A stretch of DNA of 64,000 nucleotides. It comes from Octopus vulgaris (Eukaryota). Below are positions 12,646 to 26,788 of the stretch, piece after piece. The position numbers and the translations under genes were made by a program. The stretch lies in NCBI GenBank assembly GCA_951406725.2, contig OX597830.1, forward strand, positions 11,470,001 through 11,534,000, in the 5' to 3' direction. Under the pieces are notes generated by a model that searched no databases, had not been told where the DNA came from, and was given only the letters and a program-made list of their open reading frames with translations. Each line of letters begins with the position of its first letter. Position 1 is the stretch's first letter.

Positions 12646-12822
12646 TGATGCATTTGTATATGAAACATCAGAACTTTCAGTGCTGGCTCTGAACTCTATA
12701 CAAAATCTGTAGAGATAAACTTAAACATGAATACCACACATACACAAACATATACACACACATATACATATGCAAAGGTATATTAAGTCGAAGACCGGAA
12801 TTTATGGTATTACATTTAATTC

Positions 12823-12949
12823 TTTTGATACGTTTGTTTCGACACTTATGGAATATACATTTCATGATTATAAATATTAATATGAATATAAATGGATTTG
12901 TAATATTACAACATATTAATGCAAACCATGTGCATCTCCTCAGACAGAA
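12823..12949 (-). ncRNA. Hammerhead motif with intact core and long AT-rich stem II
   Basis: CTGAGGA-GATGCACATGG...CCATAAGTGTC-GAAAC-AAAC-GTA; stem I imperfect. Confidence 0.6.
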
Positions 12950-13110
12950 GTTCAAAAGTAATACAATTTACACTTGGAAGATTATGGTACATAGAGTTAT
13001 TGTGTTTCAACAGGAGGAGCTATATGTATGTATGTATGTATGTATAGAGAAAGGGAAGGAGGGAGAGAAAGAGAGAGAGAGAGAGCAAGACTTACGGTTG
13101 GTAACGCATA

Positions 13111-13150
13111 CACCTGAATTGCATTTAATTCAATGCAACTTATATACACG

Positions 13151-13182
<32 letters not shown>

Positions 13183-14020
13183 CTCTTTTGCTTATTAGTT
13201 TATTTCAGCAAACATGTCACATACATGTAAATTTACTCTCTTACTCTTTTACTTGTTTCAGTCATTTGATTGCGGCCATGCTGGAGCACCGCCTTTAGTC
13301 GAACAAATCGACACCAGGACTTATTCTTTGTAAGCCCAGTACTTATTCTATCAGTCTCTTTTGCCGAACCGCTAAGTTACGGGGGGCGTAAACACACCAC
13401 CATCGGTTGTCAAGCAATGCTAGGGGGACAAACACAGCAGACACACAAACACACACACACACATACATATATACGACAGGCTTCTTTCAGTTTCCGTCTA
13501 CCAAATTCACTCACAAGGCTTTGGTCGGCCCGAGGCTATAGCAGAAGACACTTGCCCAAGATGCCACGCAGTGGGACTGAACCCGACACCTGAATTGCAT
13601 TTAATTCAATGCAACTTATATACACACACACATATATATATATATATACTCTTTTGCTTGTTTCAGTCATTTGACTGCGGCCATGCTGGAGCACTGCTTT
13701 TAGTCGAACAAATCAACACCAGGACTTATTCTTTGTAAGCCCAGTACTTATTCTATCGGTCTCTTTTGCTGAACCGCTAAGTTATGGGGACGTAAACACA
13801 CCAGCATCGGTTGTCAAAGCGATGTTGGGGGGACAAACACAGCAGGCACACAAACACACATATATACATATATACGACAAGCTTCTTTCAGTTTCCGTCT
13901 ACCAAATTCACTCACAAGACTTTGGTCGGCCCGAGGCTATAGTAGAAGATACCTGCCCAAGGTGCCATGCAGTGGGACTGAACCCGGAACCATGTGGTTG
14001 GTAAGCAAGCTACTTACCAC
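13111..14020 (-). mobile_element. Two SINE family A copies in a ~477-bp tandem duplication
   Basis: cacctgaattgcatttaattcaatgcaac at 13111 and 13588, each followed by a minus SINE A. Confidence 0.85.
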
Positions 14021-14037
14021 ACTATATATATATATAT

Positions 14038-14325
14038 GTGGAGGCGCAATGGCCTAGTGGTTAGGGCAGCGGACTCACGGTCGCAGGATCGCGGTTTCGA
14101 TTCCCCGATCGGGCGTTGTGTGTGTTTATTGAGGGAAATCACCTAAAAGCTCCACGAGGCTCCAGCAGGGGGTGGTGATCCCTGCTGTACTCTTTCCCCA
14201 CTCTTTCTCCCACTCTTTCTTCTGTGGCGGGGTGGCGTCATTCGAAGGCTAAAACAATGCGAACGCATTGCGACCAGCGATGTGTAACAACATCTGATGG
14301 TCTGGTCGGTCACGTGATCACGTGA
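14038..14325 (+). mobile_element. tRNA-derived SINE family C (possibly octopus OR-type), tail variant 1
   Basis: A-box TGGCCTAGTGG, B-box GGTTTCGATTCC; head shared with 20779-21161 and 61076-61468. Confidence 0.85.
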
Positions 14326-14344
14326 TATATATATATAGTGGAAA

Positions 14345-14642
14345 TTTTAAGATAAAGACAAATTATTATTATTAGTTCCTATGTATGTTTCACGATTTCA
14401 GTTAATTGGAACTCAGCATTGGATGTTCCAACTGCATTTGGGTGCCTAATTGCAAAAGGGTCATCAGATGAACACTTTATTAATCATTAAACTCTGTAAC
14501 AGAATGGAATAAATTGTTCTCCTGATGATCCATTGCAGTTAGGCGTCCAAATGCATTTCATCCACAGAAAGCAGGGTCCCCAATAAATGCAACAATGAAC
14601 TGGACACAGGAACAAATAATTTATACTCGTGTTTATCTTAAC
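14345..14642. repeat. Diverged fold-back element with CTGATGA hammerhead cores on both strands
   Basis: Minus CTGATGA (14461-14467)...GAAAC (~14387-14391); plus CTGATGA at 14522; arms are imperfect reverse complements. Confidence 0.6.
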
Positions 14643-14779
14643 TTTTCCCTATATAAGCTCTGCATATCATAACTTGTAACTCTGTTAAGTGCAGTGGTAT
14701 AGAGTAATCCCACTGCCGGAAGCTAACTGAATAATTATACTCTATGCAGAGTTCTAACTCATACAGTAGTAGTCGTACA

Positions 14780-14907
14780 CACAAGATATATATATATATA
14801 TATATACACACATACATACATACATATATATATATACACACACACATATATATATATATATCATGTATGTCAATATATATATATATATATATATACATAC
14901 ATGTATG

Positions 14908-14939
<32 letters not shown>

Positions 14940-14943
14940 TGTA

Positions 14944-14991
<48 letters not shown>

Positions 14992-15275
14992 TGTATGTAT
15001 ATATATATATATACACATATATATATATATATATACACACAGATATATATATATATACACACACACACACATAGATATATATATACACACACATATATAT
15101 GTATACACACACACATATATACACACACATGCACACACATGTATACATAAATTTATATATATAAATGTACACACACATATTATACATACGCACATACATT
15201 TATATATATGTACATACATACACATACATATATACATATTCATATACATATGTTAATATAAATCACACACATACA
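14780..15275. repeat. Compound (TA)n/(CA)n microsatellite field
   Basis: Directly visible in the sequence. Confidence 0.97.
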
Positions 15276-15621
15276 CCTAGTTAAACAATTCAAACAAGCA
15301 TCTAGAATCTTAGTTCGCTTGGATAAGACCAGAAATTTATACAGTATTATTACATTAGATTATAATAGGTTAATTCAAAATGACTTGTACAGCCACTACA
15401 AGCATACATCAATATCTACTCTAAACAACGTTAACTCTACAAGACATAACATTCTTAAAAGTCTTTAGCTTGCAAATAGAATTGATTGATATGTACTTTA
15501 GGTAGCTTGTACAATTCTGACAAATGACAAGCCTAAATTCAACAATAAACCTACTGTTAGGTTTATTTTCCTATCAAATTTGAGCAAGAGTGTTTTAAAT
15601 AAAATTATACCAATGCTAAAA

Positions 15622-16053
15622 TCTCTCTCTATATAAACGGCAGTTTGTCTGTCTGTGTGTCTGTCAGGTTGTACCCTCACCCTGACCACGGCTTTTAACC
15701 GATTCTGATGAAACTTGACACACACATAGCCCAATGTCATAATTCAAAACTTATGCAGCGAAAATTTTGAAAAGTTCCCCCAGTTCTGAAAAAAATCGAT
15801 AAATTCGACATGGGGTCGAGAATCTAAGCTTTTTATATGCAACACATTTTCTGTCTAGGGGACACAACTCGACCTTTTTATCGCCCAAAGCGACAGCTAG
15901 GAACATCGTATACACAGAAGTATTCGAGTGAAGAGAAGACATTGCAACCTACACATGCGCCTTCGTTCCCTAGAGGGAAAGGACTAGATTGGGATTAGTC
16001 GTTACCTACTAGGGGCTCTTACATACCCGGGCAACGCCGGGCTATGCTGCTAG
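15622..16053 (+). mobile_element. Non-autonomous Helitron (family 2)
   Basis: A|TC start; CCCGGGCAACGCCGGG hairpin; CTAG|T end. Confidence 0.85.
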
Positions 16054-16497
16054 TCTAAAATAAAACTTAATGGTCAGATTCTTCTGACGTAATAGATTGA
16101 TTTACTAAAATAGGTAAGAAACACTAAATTTTTACAAATAGATATATGTAACCACTATTATTTAATTAATCCTTTTCTTTTTAACAAAGCTTTAATTTTT
16201 GCAGTAAAAATTAAAAATTAATGTAGAAATGAAGTTGATATTATCCTAACTGCTAGAAGAACAATTCAGTATTATAATAAATTATGGATATGCAACAATA
16301 AACGTAATAATTTTGATGTAACCATGGGATGGTTATACTCTGTAACACTGTGGAAGTTACTAATCTCATTGGTATATATTTAACACAATATAAAATTATT
16401 TTCCTTTTATAGTAGGTAGTTTATACTTGAACAATGCTCTGTTCTCTTTCTATAAATGCAATAATGTAATGTTGAAAGATATGAAAAGAAAATTATA

Positions 16498-16896
16498 TAC
16501 TCTTTTACTTGTTTCAGTCATTTGACTGTGGCCATGCTGGAGCACTGCCTTTAGTCGAGCAAATCGACCCCGGGACTTATTCTTTGTAAGCCCAGTACTT
16601 ATTCTATCGGTCTCTTTTTGCCAAACTGCCAAGTGACGGGGACGTAAACACACCAGCATCGGTTGTCAAGCAATGCTAGGGGGACAAACACAGACACACA
16701 AACATATACACACACACTTATATATATATATACGACAGGCTTCTTTCAGTTTCCGTCTACCAAATCCACTCACAAGGCATTGGTCAGCCCGGGGCTATAG
16801 CAGAAGACACTTGCCCAAGATGCCACGCAGTGGGACTGAACCCGGAACCATGTGGTTGGTTAGCAAGCTACTTACCACACAGCCACTCCTGCGCCT
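16498..16896 (-). mobile_element. SINE family A, full length
   Basis: Same consensus as 40369-40776(-) and 49266-49672(+); partial copies at 53125-53285 and 60284-60398. Confidence 0.9.
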
Positions 16897-16904
16897 ATAT
16901 AATT

Positions 16905-17180
16905 CATTAAAAATTTAGGACATTTTATTACAGCAAGTACCAATCACAATACAGCAAATTTCCTAGATGTATCACTAAATCTTAACAGCAAACTCATAGA
17001 TCAAATGATTATCTACAACGTATCAATCATAATTCTTATCATTCATATGCCGTCACAAAATTTATTGTGAAAGGTGAATCTCTAAACTTTTGGCTGATAA
17101 AGAATTTTCCTAGAAAGTGCTGATTATTATCATGTAGTCTTAGCTAAAGCTGGTTTCGCTGAAAAAAAAACTGAATATAT
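16905..17180 (+). pseudogene. PLE reverse-transcriptase C-terminal remnant
   Basis: Translates ITASTNHNTANFLDVSLNL...INHNSYH, resembling the PLE RT 'NFLDV-L...S-HP' region. Confidence 0.5.
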
Positions 17181-17186
17181 CCTTAA

Positions 17187-17402
17187 CCCTTTAGCATTTA
17201 AACTGGCTATATCTGGCCTCAAATAGTCTACCTGTGAAAGGCTGGACTAAATCCAGTCTTTCACATTCACCGTACAATGTCATTCTAAAAATAAACAATC
17301 ACATCACTGAAATCTCAAAGCTACAAGACAATGCATGATTAATTCAAAACAAGGTGAATAAATAAGCATTACATTTGACAAAGTAATCTGAATGGTAGAA
17401 GG
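17187..17402. mobile_element. piggyBac-type MITE
   Basis: TTAA-CCCTTTAGCATT ... AGG-TTAA; related copies at ~62918-63333 (split by an RTE tail) and ~63697-63911. Confidence 0.75.
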
Positions 17403-17637
17403 TTAAGTGTGTAAAAACATCTTAACCACTAAACAGATTTTTAACACATGTACCCCGATAATCATTATGATAAAACTGATACAGCGTAAAAATATTAATT
17501 ATAACAGTAGGTGCTTTTCTAACAATAACATCAAAAGGGTATCAAATCTCGAGAAAATTATTTCAAATACCTCTGTAAACAAAAAATATTAGTATTAGCA
17601 CAAACATTACCATTATTATTTCTATTATTATTGCTAA

Positions 17638-18013
17638 CTAGCAGTATCGCCCGGCGTTGCTCGGGTTTGTAAGGGAAATAACTATATAAGAGATGTAAAG
17701 TATAATATCCATCTCAATATGGCTAACCACAAAGCGGGGTGTTACTGTAGCTTTTTATGTTCTGAGATTTAATAATACATTTTTAGAGAGTTACTTCCCT
17801 TATATAATAGCAAAAAAATGCATTAAAAATGGGAAAAAATGATGGTAAATTTTTTTTTTAATCGTAGACGCGTGCTAATATGCAGAAGGGCTCGATATGA
17901 ATCACGACTATAAGATACCCGCTTTTGGTTACACTGCACCTCAAAATGTGGGAAGTAGTTAGGAATCTAAATCGTAGGAGACAGACACACAACTTCACTT
18001 TTATATATAAAGA
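17638..18013 (-). mobile_element. Non-autonomous Helitron (family 1)
   Basis: Reverse complement of 28882-29278 and 41296-41694; TC...hairpin-CTAG termini. Confidence 0.9.
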
Positions 18014-18796
18014 TATCTCTATAGCTATTACTTTGACCAACACTGCTTTTTATAATAATCCTTAGGCCTGAAATTTGGTGGGAGGGAGATAGTTAATTAC
18101 ACCCCCACCCCCCCCCAGTGTTGAAATGGATGAAAAGCAAAGTCAATCTTAACAGAATCTGAAGTCAGAACATAAAGATGGGACAAATGCTGCTAAACAT
18201 TTGTCTGCCAAACTAATGATTCAGTATATAACGATGGATGAAACGCTATTAAGCCTTTTGCCCGACATGCTAACTCATCGCCTTAATACTGGTTTAAAAT
18301 TTTGGCACAAGGCCAGCAATTTTGGGAGATAGGGATAAGTCGATTACATCGACTGAAGTGTTCAACTGGGACTTATTTTATCACTCACAAAAGGATGAAA
18401 GACAAAGTCAACACCAGTGGGATTTGAACTCAAAACAAAGTCAGAAGAAATGCTATGAATAATTTTTTTCTGGTGCAATAATGATTCTGCCAGCTCACCA
18501 CTTTAATAATAGTAATAACGATCCATACTATTATAGGCACAAGGCCTGAAATTTTAGGAGACAGGCTAGTCGATAACATCAACCCCAGTACGCAACTGGT
18601 ATCTGATTTTAACTGATTGGAAGTGTTATGTGCATGTTTTCTTTTGGTGTAAAAGATGGGCTACAACGAATATTCTGCTCAATACCACAGATTTGCTTGG
18701 CCTTGACCAATTGAGCATGTCCCTTAGTGGCATAAGCCAAGGTAGTAATGGAGCACCATAGCCATGTGTTAAGAGGAATTTCTTGGGGTTTGAATA

Positions 18797-19023
18797 TATT
18801 TCTTTACTACCCACAAGGGGCTAAACATAGAAGGGACAAACAAGGACAGACAAACGGATTAAGTCGATTATATCGACCCCAGTGCGAAACTGGTACTTTC
18901 GACCCCGAAAGGATGAAAGGCAAAGTCAACCTCGGCGGAATTTGAACTCAGAACGTAACGACAGACGAAATACCACAAAGCATTTCGCCCGGCACGCTAA
19001 CGTTTCTGCCAGCTCACCGCCCT
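18797..19023 (-). mobile_element. SINE family B
   Basis: Same consensus as 2012-2243; imperfect TSD gggtt(t/g)aata. Confidence 0.88.
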
Positions 19024-20675
19024 ATGGGTTTTAATAATTTATCTCCAGAAACATGGGTGGGTGTTTTGTTCATCATCCTTAAATAACCTTTATTCAGGGA
19101 CCTTTTGAGCAGGATCAGTTACTCAACCCAAAGAAAATTCTAACTGGGTCCCACCTGCAAGGCTATGTGCTATTTATCTTGATATCACCATGTTGCACAC
19201 ATATGGTTGTGATGCATGTGCTTAGTAAACCCTTATTAGATGAGTAGTCATGAGGGGTATATTGGGCTTCGTATGTTTGTACTCCAGTGTCACTTTGATG
19301 GCATGCATTGCTCTATCACTCAATAACAATAATAATGGTAATAATAGTACTAATAATTATAATAATGCCATTATTTCAACGGTTCAGCTGAGTAGCTACA
19401 AATAAATTATAAAAATATCAGATACATGCATGTGTATACACGTGAGAAAGGGTGTATAGTTGGACATATAGGTAAGGATGTGCATAGATGTGGCTGTATG
19501 GGGATTTGTGTGTGCACACATATATTCGAGTGAATGTACAGGTTTATATATAGGTCTATGTATACACACACATACATAAATGAGTGGATGTGCTTATGTG
19601 TGTGATAATAAGTACATATGTGTGATAATATGTGTGTGATGGATTTATTAATCCCTTGAGAGAAAAGACTAAAAGGAAGATACTTGACTAAAGGATTGTA
19701 ACATGCCTACATATCTAAGACATAGGTATAAGTGAGAGGCAGATTCATGTGTCAGCACATACACACATATATATATTGTTTAATAAATACGGTATATATT
19801 TTTATGAGCTATTAAATAGTTTCATGTGATGAAAACAATTCTGGACAGCTCCTTGTCAAACTGTCCAAACCATGGCCAGCATAGAAAACAGATGTTAAGT
19901 GATAATGATGATGATGATGTCTTGTGCCTTATGTTCATATGCTTGAAGGTATCAAACGTGTTTTAAAATGCGGATTCGTTTCCATTGCATGAAACTATTG
20001 GCAGCTCATAAAAATATATATTGTTTATCAAACAATATTTATCTCTCACAAGGTGGAGCACTTTTTTTTGTTGATCTTACCTTCATGGAACAGTATACTA
20101 TACATACACACACACATATATATGCATACGTACACACTGACCAAAGATACTGAACTCAAATGAAATACATACAGGTAAACAGATAGCAATGAGTATAAAT
20201 ACAATAACCTTTCCTTGTATGGGTACAAGGTCTGAATTTTAGGGGTAGGAGGCTAGTCAAATTACATTGATCCCAGTACTCAACTGGTACTTATTTTACT
20301 GACCCTGAAAGATGAAAGGCAAAATCAACCTCGGCGGAATTTGAACTCAGAACCTAAAGATGGAGAAATGCTGCTGAGCATTTTATCCACCGTGCTAACA
20401 ATTCTATCAGCTTGCCACCTTAAGTATAAATACAATAACAAGTCTTAATATATCTATGTTGGACAGATCACGACCTAGATGGAGCATCAAGGGCCACTTT
20501 GATTAATGAAGTTGTGAATAGCGACAAAATTACTTTCACAAACTGATTGACTCATCAAATAAAGTAATCAATTACTTAATTGGTCAAGTAATAAGTCAAC
20601 TAGTAATAAAGCAGTGAAATAGAATGAGCATGTGTTTTTAGGGGCAAAATGACTCACCTGTCTGTTTCAACCAAC

Positions 20676-22249
20676 TACTGTGTATGAGGGGGTATATGAG
20701 GATACTTAATTATCAGTATCTCTTCAGACCAAGTAAAAGGATTTTATTTCTTTCATATCTTCCATGGTAGCTAAAGTAGTAGTAGTAGTAGGAGCACTCC
20801 GTCGGTTACTATGACGATGAGGGTCCCAGCTGATACGATCAACGGAACAGCTTGCTCGTGGAATTAACGTGCAAGTGGCTGAGCACTTCACAGACACGAG
20901 TACCCTTAACGTAGTTCTCGAGGAGATTCAGCGTGACAAGGCTGGCCCCTTTGAAATGCAGGTACAACAGAAACAGGAAGAAAGAGTGAGAGAAAGTTGT
21001 GGTGAAAGAGTACAGCAGGGTCCCCCCCCCCCTGCAGGAGCCTCGTGAAGCTTTAGGTGTTTTCGCTCAATAAACACTCACAATGCCGGGTCTGGGAATC
21101 GAAACCGCGATCCTACGACCACGAGTCTGCTGCCCTAACCACTGGGCCATTGCGCCTCCACGGTAGCTAAAGTGCTAACCCAGGAAATGAAAGGACAAGC
21201 AGTCATAAGTTGCCATATGTGCAGAACATGGTGATATAGAAACAGTCAACTTTCTGCAAGATCTTTTGTACACAAAATTTGGATTGAATTGGAAGCCCCT
21301 GGCAGGAATGTTTCAACAGCATCAAAGAGAGAAGAAAAAGTTTAAATATTAAGATACTGTAAGGACATTGTAATTCATCCAAAAGGTTCAAAATATCAGT
21401 GATGATCCCCAAAAAATCGACAAGGGACATAACCATAGAACTTTAGGTGTTGGAGTGGACCATCAGAACTGTGCTGCATTAGGAGATTCACATCCTTGTG
21501 CACCAGTCATATGCACAGAGTAGAAACCAATTCATACCTGTAATAGCAGAGGTAAATTGTTTGTTCATGTCAAACAATTACTTAGCAAGGTTAAAAACCC
21601 TCATGGACATGATATGCTTTAGTTTTTCTCTGATGAGTAAAACTTTGACCAAAACCAAAAGGTCTGTGAGGAGAAACAACAGATAGTTATGTGCAGATCC
21701 TTTTAATGTCTCCGGAGTGATGTACGCTAAATTTCCAACAACTGTAATGGTTTTAGGAGTGGTGAGTAACAAAAGGTCATGTCATATCTTTCCACTGGGT
21801 CTTAGAATTAATGCTGCTGGATATGTTTAAGTGCTGGAGACTGTTGTTAAGCACTGGATGGATGAAATACACAATGGAAGTCCATACGTGGTTCAACAAA
21901 ACTCAGCACCTCACAAAGGCCACATAACCCAAGAATGGATGTCAGACAATCTTTATGATCATGTGACATCAAACTTGAGGCCTCCAATCTCACCAGATTC
22001 AAATGCCAAGGACTACTACATTTGGAGCATTGTTGAAAGGGAGACTAATTGACATCTTCACAATACCATAATTTCACTGAAATCCACTGTTGTCTAGGTG
22101 ATGTCTGACATTAATAAAGACTATTTACTGTAGGTATGCCAATGATTCTGGTCTCATATTTAAGTACAATTTTTAATTAAAAAACATTTGCTTTTTGCTA
22201 CATTAGAGTTGATACCAAATATGTCCTCAAATACCTCTTGCACCCTGTA
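20676..22249 (+). mobile_element. Degraded Tc1/mariner-superfamily (maT-like) DNA transposon
   Basis: FSDE..., VMVLGVVS, YVVQQNSAPH, PPISPDSNAKDYYIWSIVE motifs; degenerate TIRs at ~20676-20703 and 22223-22249. Confidence 0.75.
20779..21161 (-). mobile_element. SINE family C, tail variant 2
   Basis: 12-bp TSD GGTAGCTAAAGT; inserted in the maT-like element. Confidence 0.9.
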
Positions 22250-23199
22250 TTTCATATTAAAAATCTTGCAAAACACATGCAGATATATATCTTGTTTTAT
22301 GTCCATTTTCCAAGCTAGCATGGATATATATAAATATAATAATTATTATTTGAGGGAATAAAATCCAAACTTACAAGGAAAAAGAATTTCAATTTAGAAA
22401 TACTAAATCAAATTTCACACAATTTACTTGTAAATTCTTGTAATTTACTTAATCTTTTCTTTTTAATTGTTATTTTAATTTTAACTTTTCTATTATATGT
22501 AATTTTCTAGATGGTGTAATTTTAATTATTCATTTTGAATTGATAAAAGGTGGTTCTTTTCTAATATTTTATATATATATATAACACATAGATATTGAGG
22601 CATTGTTTTACAACTTGATTCCTTTCCTGATGCTAACTGTACTCGTATTTCAGGTAAGGGTTCTCTTTATTTCATATAACTTCAAAGCGAATAAATGATC
22701 AAAGTGCCAACAGTAATGTTGCTCCATTGAGGAAGAAACAAGAATTCAGCATTCTATGTGAGATAGATCTGTATCAGGCTATAAAACACTTTTCTCAGTT
22801 CAAATTCCACTGGGTCAGTTTTGATTTCCATTCTTCCATATTCAGTAAAATAAATTCTGCTAATACTTAAAACACAAAAAAAAAATTAAAAAAAAAAATA
22901 ATAAAAAACAAAAATCCCCAGCTTGAATGAATTCCAGTAATTCTTGAAGAGTAAACCTGGTGACAGCTGAAGGAACTAAAAAAACACAAGACATTTAAAC
23001 TGAGTTGAGTAAAAATAATAATTCCTAACACTGAAAATATACAACATGCAACAGAGAAACTTAAAAAAAAAAATATGGGTAGAAATAATGAAACACATTG
23101 AAAAATGTTAAGCAGTGAATATCATTATATTTGTTGTTATATTTGATTTTAATTTTCAAATTAAAAGGGGGGGCGGAGGAAAACAAAACAGAGACCAAT

Positions 23200-25681
23200 T
23201 TTAAAGTATTTTTTTGTTTATTGTTTTGAATTAAAATAAAATGAAACAAAAAAAAAACAGAAAAGAAAGTGTTCCAATTCCTTTGCATTTGCTTTTCCTT
23301 TTTTTTTTTTTTTTTTTTTCTTCTTTAATTAAACCACTTTTAACAACAAACTGTTGTAAATGCTTCTGTTACTATTGATAATAATAAACTGCTAAAATCT
23401 GATTTTGTCTGTGCACCGAAGCTATACAGATGTCCGCATGTTTTTGTTAAAAAAAAGGGAAAAAGAATTATTATTCAAAACTAAAATATCCCCAACATCA
23501 ACACTAAGCCAAATGCCCACTGATCCTGTTCCCAATATCGATACTGAAAACAAAATCAGATTAATAAATAAGATTATTTACTTTAAATATTACACCACTC
23601 ATGTCAACCAATGCAGTACTAAAACATGTACTAAGGAATATATTTTTCTCCGTTTGACTATATTTCATTTTACAAGTCCCAACTAGAATCATTTGTTTGT
23701 TTTCTTTAGCAGCAACCAAAGTAACTCTTAAGATATATATATCTCAAGTATTAAAAAGTAATGAAAAGCGTTAAAGAATTGTTATGGTATCAATATCTAA
23801 TAATATTGAACATCATGTGTCTCTTTCTTTCTCAGTGTATAACAATTAAAAATAAGCAAAATTGAGAATATCATATCAGTATGATGAAACTGTTTGTATT
23901 TAAATATTTTAATGGAAATCTTACAATCTTTCTAATTATTCAGTGACTTTTTTTTCACATACCAGTATCTAGACCTCTAATAATATTGGAAAAATAGCAA
24001 GAATGAAAGTAGCAGAGAAATTGTTACTAAACCTTCACTATATATGTGGAATACTTTATAAACATATAATTTTCCATACCCTAGCATGCATCTACATGTT
24101 GACTACTGTCATGTATTCTAATACACATCCACCACATGTTCACCCACTGATGCCATATAATATTCTAAAGCACATAGAACTTGCTGAACAATGCCAAAAT
24201 TGGAATGTAAAGAAAGAGACAAGAAAGAGGGAAATCTACTTAGAAGTAGATTAAGTGAGAAAAATAAACGTATTCTTAATACCAAGGTTCCAATTTAAAG
24301 ATGCTGTCTACAGACATAATTAGAGAGAGCATATGCTATGCTAGTGATTTTAATACTTCATTGTATAGACTGCCATCTTACAACTTCTGTTACAGCTTTG
24401 GCCATCATCATCATCATTTAATAAAATGGTGAGAAATTCCAACCGACACAGAACCCTACAAATTTTAAGCTGGTCAAGAAGCACAGACACAAAAGGATAG
24501 TTTACAGAACATTATGTTGTATTAATTAGTGTTAATTAAAATTAAGATGAGTGATAAAGTCCTTAAAAATGCAAGAACACGATGTTCCCAGGATTGTGAT
24601 GAAAAAATCCTAGTAAAATATTTCAGGTGTGTAAATGTAACACCTGCAATCTATATAGCTGCTCAGTTACTAATCTAAAGGCTAACAAATGTGCTATTAG
24701 TGATACATGCTGGTTACCGAAGCAAGCAGCTATAAGCTACACTTGTGACTTACAGTTGCACATTTGTGACATAAAAGAGCATAAATGCCTTAAAACGAAA
24801 ATTTCTCAAGGCAAAGCAGTACTTTTACATGTAAACATGTTTGTATTTTTGTGTATCCAATGATTAATGGATGTGGTGTAAGTTTTCATATTTCCAAATT
24901 AAATCTGCAAACATGGCATGCAACTATGTAGTTATTTGTGTACAAACATACATACTGATTTCAAAAAGAAAAAAAGAAACGAATCATATTAGCCCACTAA
25001 AAATAGCAAATATTACAAAAAAAAAAAAAAAAAAAAAAGAGAGTGCATAATCCTCTTTTAAAGGCAAAGTTCCGAATATTTTTCTCCTTATATTAACATT
25101 ACCATATCCTTTATTGTGCGCATGTATGTAGATCTAATCACAGCCAGAGAATCAGTAAGGGGAAGGTTTCAGTTTCATATACAGAGGTGAATTAAGACCA
25201 AATAAAAAAAAAAAAAAAAAAAAAAGAATATTCTATAAAACCCTTACAAATATAAACATGAAACTAATCCAAACGTTGTGTGTGTGTCTGTGCATGCATG
25301 TTTATGTAACCAAAACCAAGCAACAAAGAAACAGTGAAACTCATGTTACAGATAAACTTCACTAGGAATTTACCAAAAGCACTAATAACAACCTCCATGC
25401 ATGCGTACACTCAATTTCCCTTTATTATATTCTAATCTCTCTCTCTCTCTCTCTCTGTCACATACACAAACATATCTCTGTACCACAAACATATACATAA
25501 ATACACCCTTCCCACCCGTGCCCGCCCTCCCACTCTCTCTCTCTCTCTCTCTCTCTGTTTATGTATATGGATGTGTGTGTGTGTGTGTGTCTATCTATGT
25601 GTCTATCTCTCACACAAACACACATGGAGATGGCTGGTTTCAGTTATAGCTGTAGCAAATTTTCATGACACTGAAAAACAA

Positions 25682-25714
<33 letters not shown>

Positions 25715-26172
25715 CAAAAAGAAATAAGAAAGCAACGACAAGTTTTAAAAATGCACTTTACTCATACATCTAATGATAACCTTGCTTCTGTATCATTTCT
25801 CTCTTAATCCTATCTCAGAAGTCCAACATTGACAATGTCTGCTTTCCTTCTTTCTTCTGCATTTAGAAAATCAAAAACAGGCTAACTAATAGTAATTATA
25901 AAAATAACAACAATAATAATAATAATAATAATAATAATAACCATTTCCTCGGGAAATCTGAACAATGTGTCCATCTACCTTCAGAAGAAATTAAACAAAA
26001 ATAAAATTCTTTTTCTCCAAAACAGTTTTTTTTTTTTTTTCAATTTGAGGAAAAAAAAAAAAAACATTAAAAAAAGAAAATGTATTTTTGTGTCTATGTG
26101 TATATGTGTGTTTCTGTGTGCGTGTATGAAACATATATCTATACACATATACATTCACAGATACATACATAC

Positions 26173-26213
<41 letters not shown>

Positions 26214-26400
26214 ATGAACACACACACGCATATGCACAAAGACATACTACACACATATTTGTGCACATATATGTATATATGTGTGTGTATGCGAGTATGT
26301 GTGTGAATATACATACACACACATACATACATATGTATTCACACATCACCATGTATATAAACACACAGAGGCTTACATATAGATATACAAACATACAGAC

Positions 26401-26433
<33 letters not shown>

Positions 26434-26723
26434 AATGTACGCAAAAAAGAAATCTACACACGCACACACACATATATACACACACACACATATATATATA
26501 TATATAAATATACATACACATATTCAAGTACACACAAACTTAATATATATATATATATGTATATGCATGCATGCACACACACACACACCTTTATGTATCT
26601 ATATGTGTGTGTGTATATATATATATGTATAGAAACATATATAAATATATAAATATCTATGGATGCATACATACCTATCTAGCAATTGATCTCTCTCTCT
26701 CTCTATATATATATATGCATATA

Positions 26724-26788
<65 letters not shown>

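Noticed and set aside
14638-15256. Many [12 protein letters not shown] ORFs here and at 1-276, 25967-28736 and 51980-52716
   Set aside because: Translations of stop-free dinucleotide microsatellites, not genes.
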